Shown: piece by piece, positions 61,192 through 64,000 of the stretch
Position numbering within the stretch: the stretch's first letter is position 1
Layout: the number at the start of each line of letters is the position of its first letter
Assembly: GCF_006345805.1 (NCBI RefSeq)
Contig: NC_043001.1
Coordinates: 93,682,001 to 93,746,000 of the forward strand
Source of the DNA: Octopus sinensis
Lineage: Eukaryota
Direction of reading: 5' to 3'
DNA: 64,000 nt
Notes under the pieces: generated by a model
The model's input: only the letters and a program-made list of their open reading frames with translations
What the model was told of the DNA's origin: nothing
Databases searched by the model: none
Position numbers and translations under genes: made by a program

Positions 61192-61559
61192 ATATATATA
61201 CATGAAAGCTTTCAACATTGTTTCCCACACAAATTTTTGTTTGATAGTGATTCTATTTGCTTCCTACCTTGGTGGTAAGCTTCAGTTTTGAAGTATCATT
61301 TTATTGTTCATACATTCTGTTTAACTTCTTTTGTGTTTCAATTCGAAATTGATATTTTATATTTTCAATCTTTTTGTTTTTCGGTGAATTCTATGTTTTA
61401 TAACTGTGTGTTTTTTTCTACATTTTCACAAACAATAAAAACTAGAAAGTCTTTTTAAGTCAGTTTCTATTATCTATATTTTGTTGTGTGTAGCGTACAC
61501 GTTTCTTGAATATTCATTGTTTATGTTCAATGGAAATTTAGGGCATACTTTCGCTGAAA

Positions 61560-61570
61560 GATATATATAT

Positions 61571-61601
<31 letters not shown>

Positions 61602-61625
61602 GAAGTATATATGTATATATATATG

Positions 61626-61671
<46 letters not shown>

Positions 61672-61762
61672 CATTATACTATACGTATAATACATATATA
61701 ACATATATATGCATATACATATACATATATATACATATACATATACATATATATACATATAC

Positions 61763-61794
<32 letters not shown>

Positions 61795-62000
61795 ATATAT
61801 ACATATACATATATATATACATATATATACATATACCTATATATACATATACATATATATATACATATACATATATATATACATATGCATATACATATAT
61901 ATATATATATATATATATGTTTTTATTGTATACATACATATATATCACATACATATATTCTATGTGTATTATATATAATATGTATATACACACACATACA
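61560..62000. repeat. Long compound (TA)n/(TACATA)n array
   Basis: Directly visible. Confidence 0.95.
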
Positions 62001-63189
62001 AACACACGCGTATTTATATGAATTTATTTATTTATCTACAAGTGTGTATATATATTTGAGTTTGTATGTATGTATATGTGTTTGTATTTATATATCTGTG
62101 TGTGTGTGTGTGTGTGCGCGCTTCATATTCGGGTAGGAAATTGCAGTTTCTTATATATTTTGTTTCAAATAACAAGTTTCTTAAATAATTCTTCCTTTAA
62201 CAAGCGTAATTATGTCAATGTCTTTCTTAACAGTTAATTAATGATAGTTCTTAAACGTTTTCAGTGTGGTAAATCTGATAATTACACTTGCAATTAGCAT
62301 CCTTTGTTTTAATGGGAGAAATTCTACAACTTGCTAGGTGGCCATTTTAGCTCTAACTCACCACCGGGCCGATGTCTTTGTATCATACAACGGAAATATA
62401 TTATTATATGCAACCAACATGTATTTCTTGTACTAATATTTCTCTCAGTTCCATGGCAAGTTGATTCCCATCGGTTGCCACGATTTCACGCTTGGTTGCA
62501 CACAGGTATTACAACGAGAATATCCTCCACTCCTGACTACATAAGCACTAAAGATGAAACCGTTTAGTAGATACAAGCCTAAACCAAATTGCTATGAACA
62601 CTTTCATTTCCTTTATATCATTATTTCTATCGTTTATTATTTTATAGCCTCTCATGTTTCCAATGCAATATTTGACAATGTCAGTAATGTTTATTAAGTG
62701 AAATAGAATTATATTTCACTAAGAAACCATTACCTCGAATAGTGGTGAGTTATTGGTTTAATTGCTGAAGTTACTTTCTGATAATGTCCGCTATATTGCA
62801 GTAATGCAAGCTTATGCAGCACTCAGCTGAAGGCAAATGTTTGTGAAGAGGTCTTAGTCGATGGTGATTATACTAGCTGTGAAGAGAAATATTGATGCTG
62901 GAAATATGATGGCGAGGATGATGAGCAGTTCAGTTGATGTGGAGTACAATGTGAACCAGTATGGTGTTTCTTAGCATAATAATGATACATATAATGAACA
63001 TGGCAAACATGAAGACCCTACTGCTACTGATAGTAATGTGAAATTGTAATACTCAAGCATTAGGCGCAAGTAAAGCTGGACTAATTGAACAACTGTCGAG
63101 AGAGGCAGGGATAGAAGAGAGCAATAATGTGATTGCGCGTTAGAGAATGTATTGTGTGTTTAAGTTTGCTTTAACAATTCTCTCTATAC

Positions 63190-63229
<40 letters not shown>

Positions 63230-63587
63230 TATATATTATATATATATATATGTATATGCATATGATATAAGTATGTGTGTATATATGCTGTGTGTTCGTG
63301 TGTAAGAATGTATGCTTTTATTTGCGTGTATGTGTATGTATACGTCTATATGCGAGTAGAACCTGGAAACGGACTGTAGAATATAATTGGTAGGTACATA
63401 TTAATGAAGTTATCAAATTCTATATCGATTGAACCAGATAATTTGAGAGCGAGAAGTGCAGAATGAAAATAGAGCGTTGTAGAGAGAAATAGAGAAAAAA
63501 AAAAACAAAAAAAAAACAAAGGGAAGTGATGGACAATAATTTAAGGGAAAGGTAAAGAAATAAAATGAAAACAAGAGAAATGCTGAA

Positions 63588-63626
<39 letters not shown>

Positions 63627-64000
63627 GTGTGTGTGGTGTGTGTGTGTGTGTGTGTGTGTGTCTGTGTCTGTGTATGTATATAGACATATTGAAATAGAGA
63701 GAGAGAGTGAGGAAGCAACGAAAGAGGTATTGAGGAACGAGAGGTTGGAATTAAAGTGAAAGAAACACTGGGGAAGGAAATAAATGGGTCAAAGATATTG
63801 AAAGTTGTGTAGATTGGGGAGGGTGGACAGTCTATATCAGTGCAAAGGATTATGTGGAGGAAAAGGTGGAGAGAAACAGAATGAAGAAGAGTTAGGAAGA
63901 AATAGAAACAAGAATGACAGTAAACGAGGAGGTAAATATGTACAGGAGTAAGAATTATCCTCCATGTGATTCAGAAATAAGAATCATGGAGAAGTAGAAA

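Overview
AT-rich eukaryotic non-coding DNA made mostly of microsatellites and transposon remnants. The SINE families, (TA)n/(TATC)n/(AAT)n arrays and LINE types look like an octopod cephalopod (Octopus-like) genome; that is pattern recognition, not a database hit. No host gene, rRNA, true tRNA or CRISPR array could be confirmed, and most ORF-track entries are translated microsatellites. Well-supported elements: a near full-length CR1-type LINE (8611-12446) broken only by small frameshifts; a Penelope-like (Naiad-type) RT-end/GIY-YIG fragment with a 3' minimal hammerhead ribozyme (5919-7890); a cluster of Dong/R4 RLE-type LINE pieces at (AAT)n repeats (24.3-27.9 kb); an RTE endonuclease fragment (35009-35590); two mariner deletion derivatives; and about 20 tRNA-derived SINE copies in four families. 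Most interesting observations: (i) a 4-copy family of short (TA)n-embedded elements with a hammerhead-like fold and a non-canonical core (CUGUnGA plus an extra A); (ii) a UGA at a conserved Cys position of the Naiad element; (iii) a 3' stem-loop shared by the CR1 LINE and a SINE family, with compensatory changes; (iv) SINEs with interchangeable 3' tails; (v) an inverted duplication whose end coincides with the RTE fragment junction; (vi) three fold-back hairpins next to (TA)n runs; (vii) an unassigned 191-codon pseudo-ORF and weak candidate exons. Family names come from recalled motifs, and most element boundaries are approximate to about 10-20 bp.
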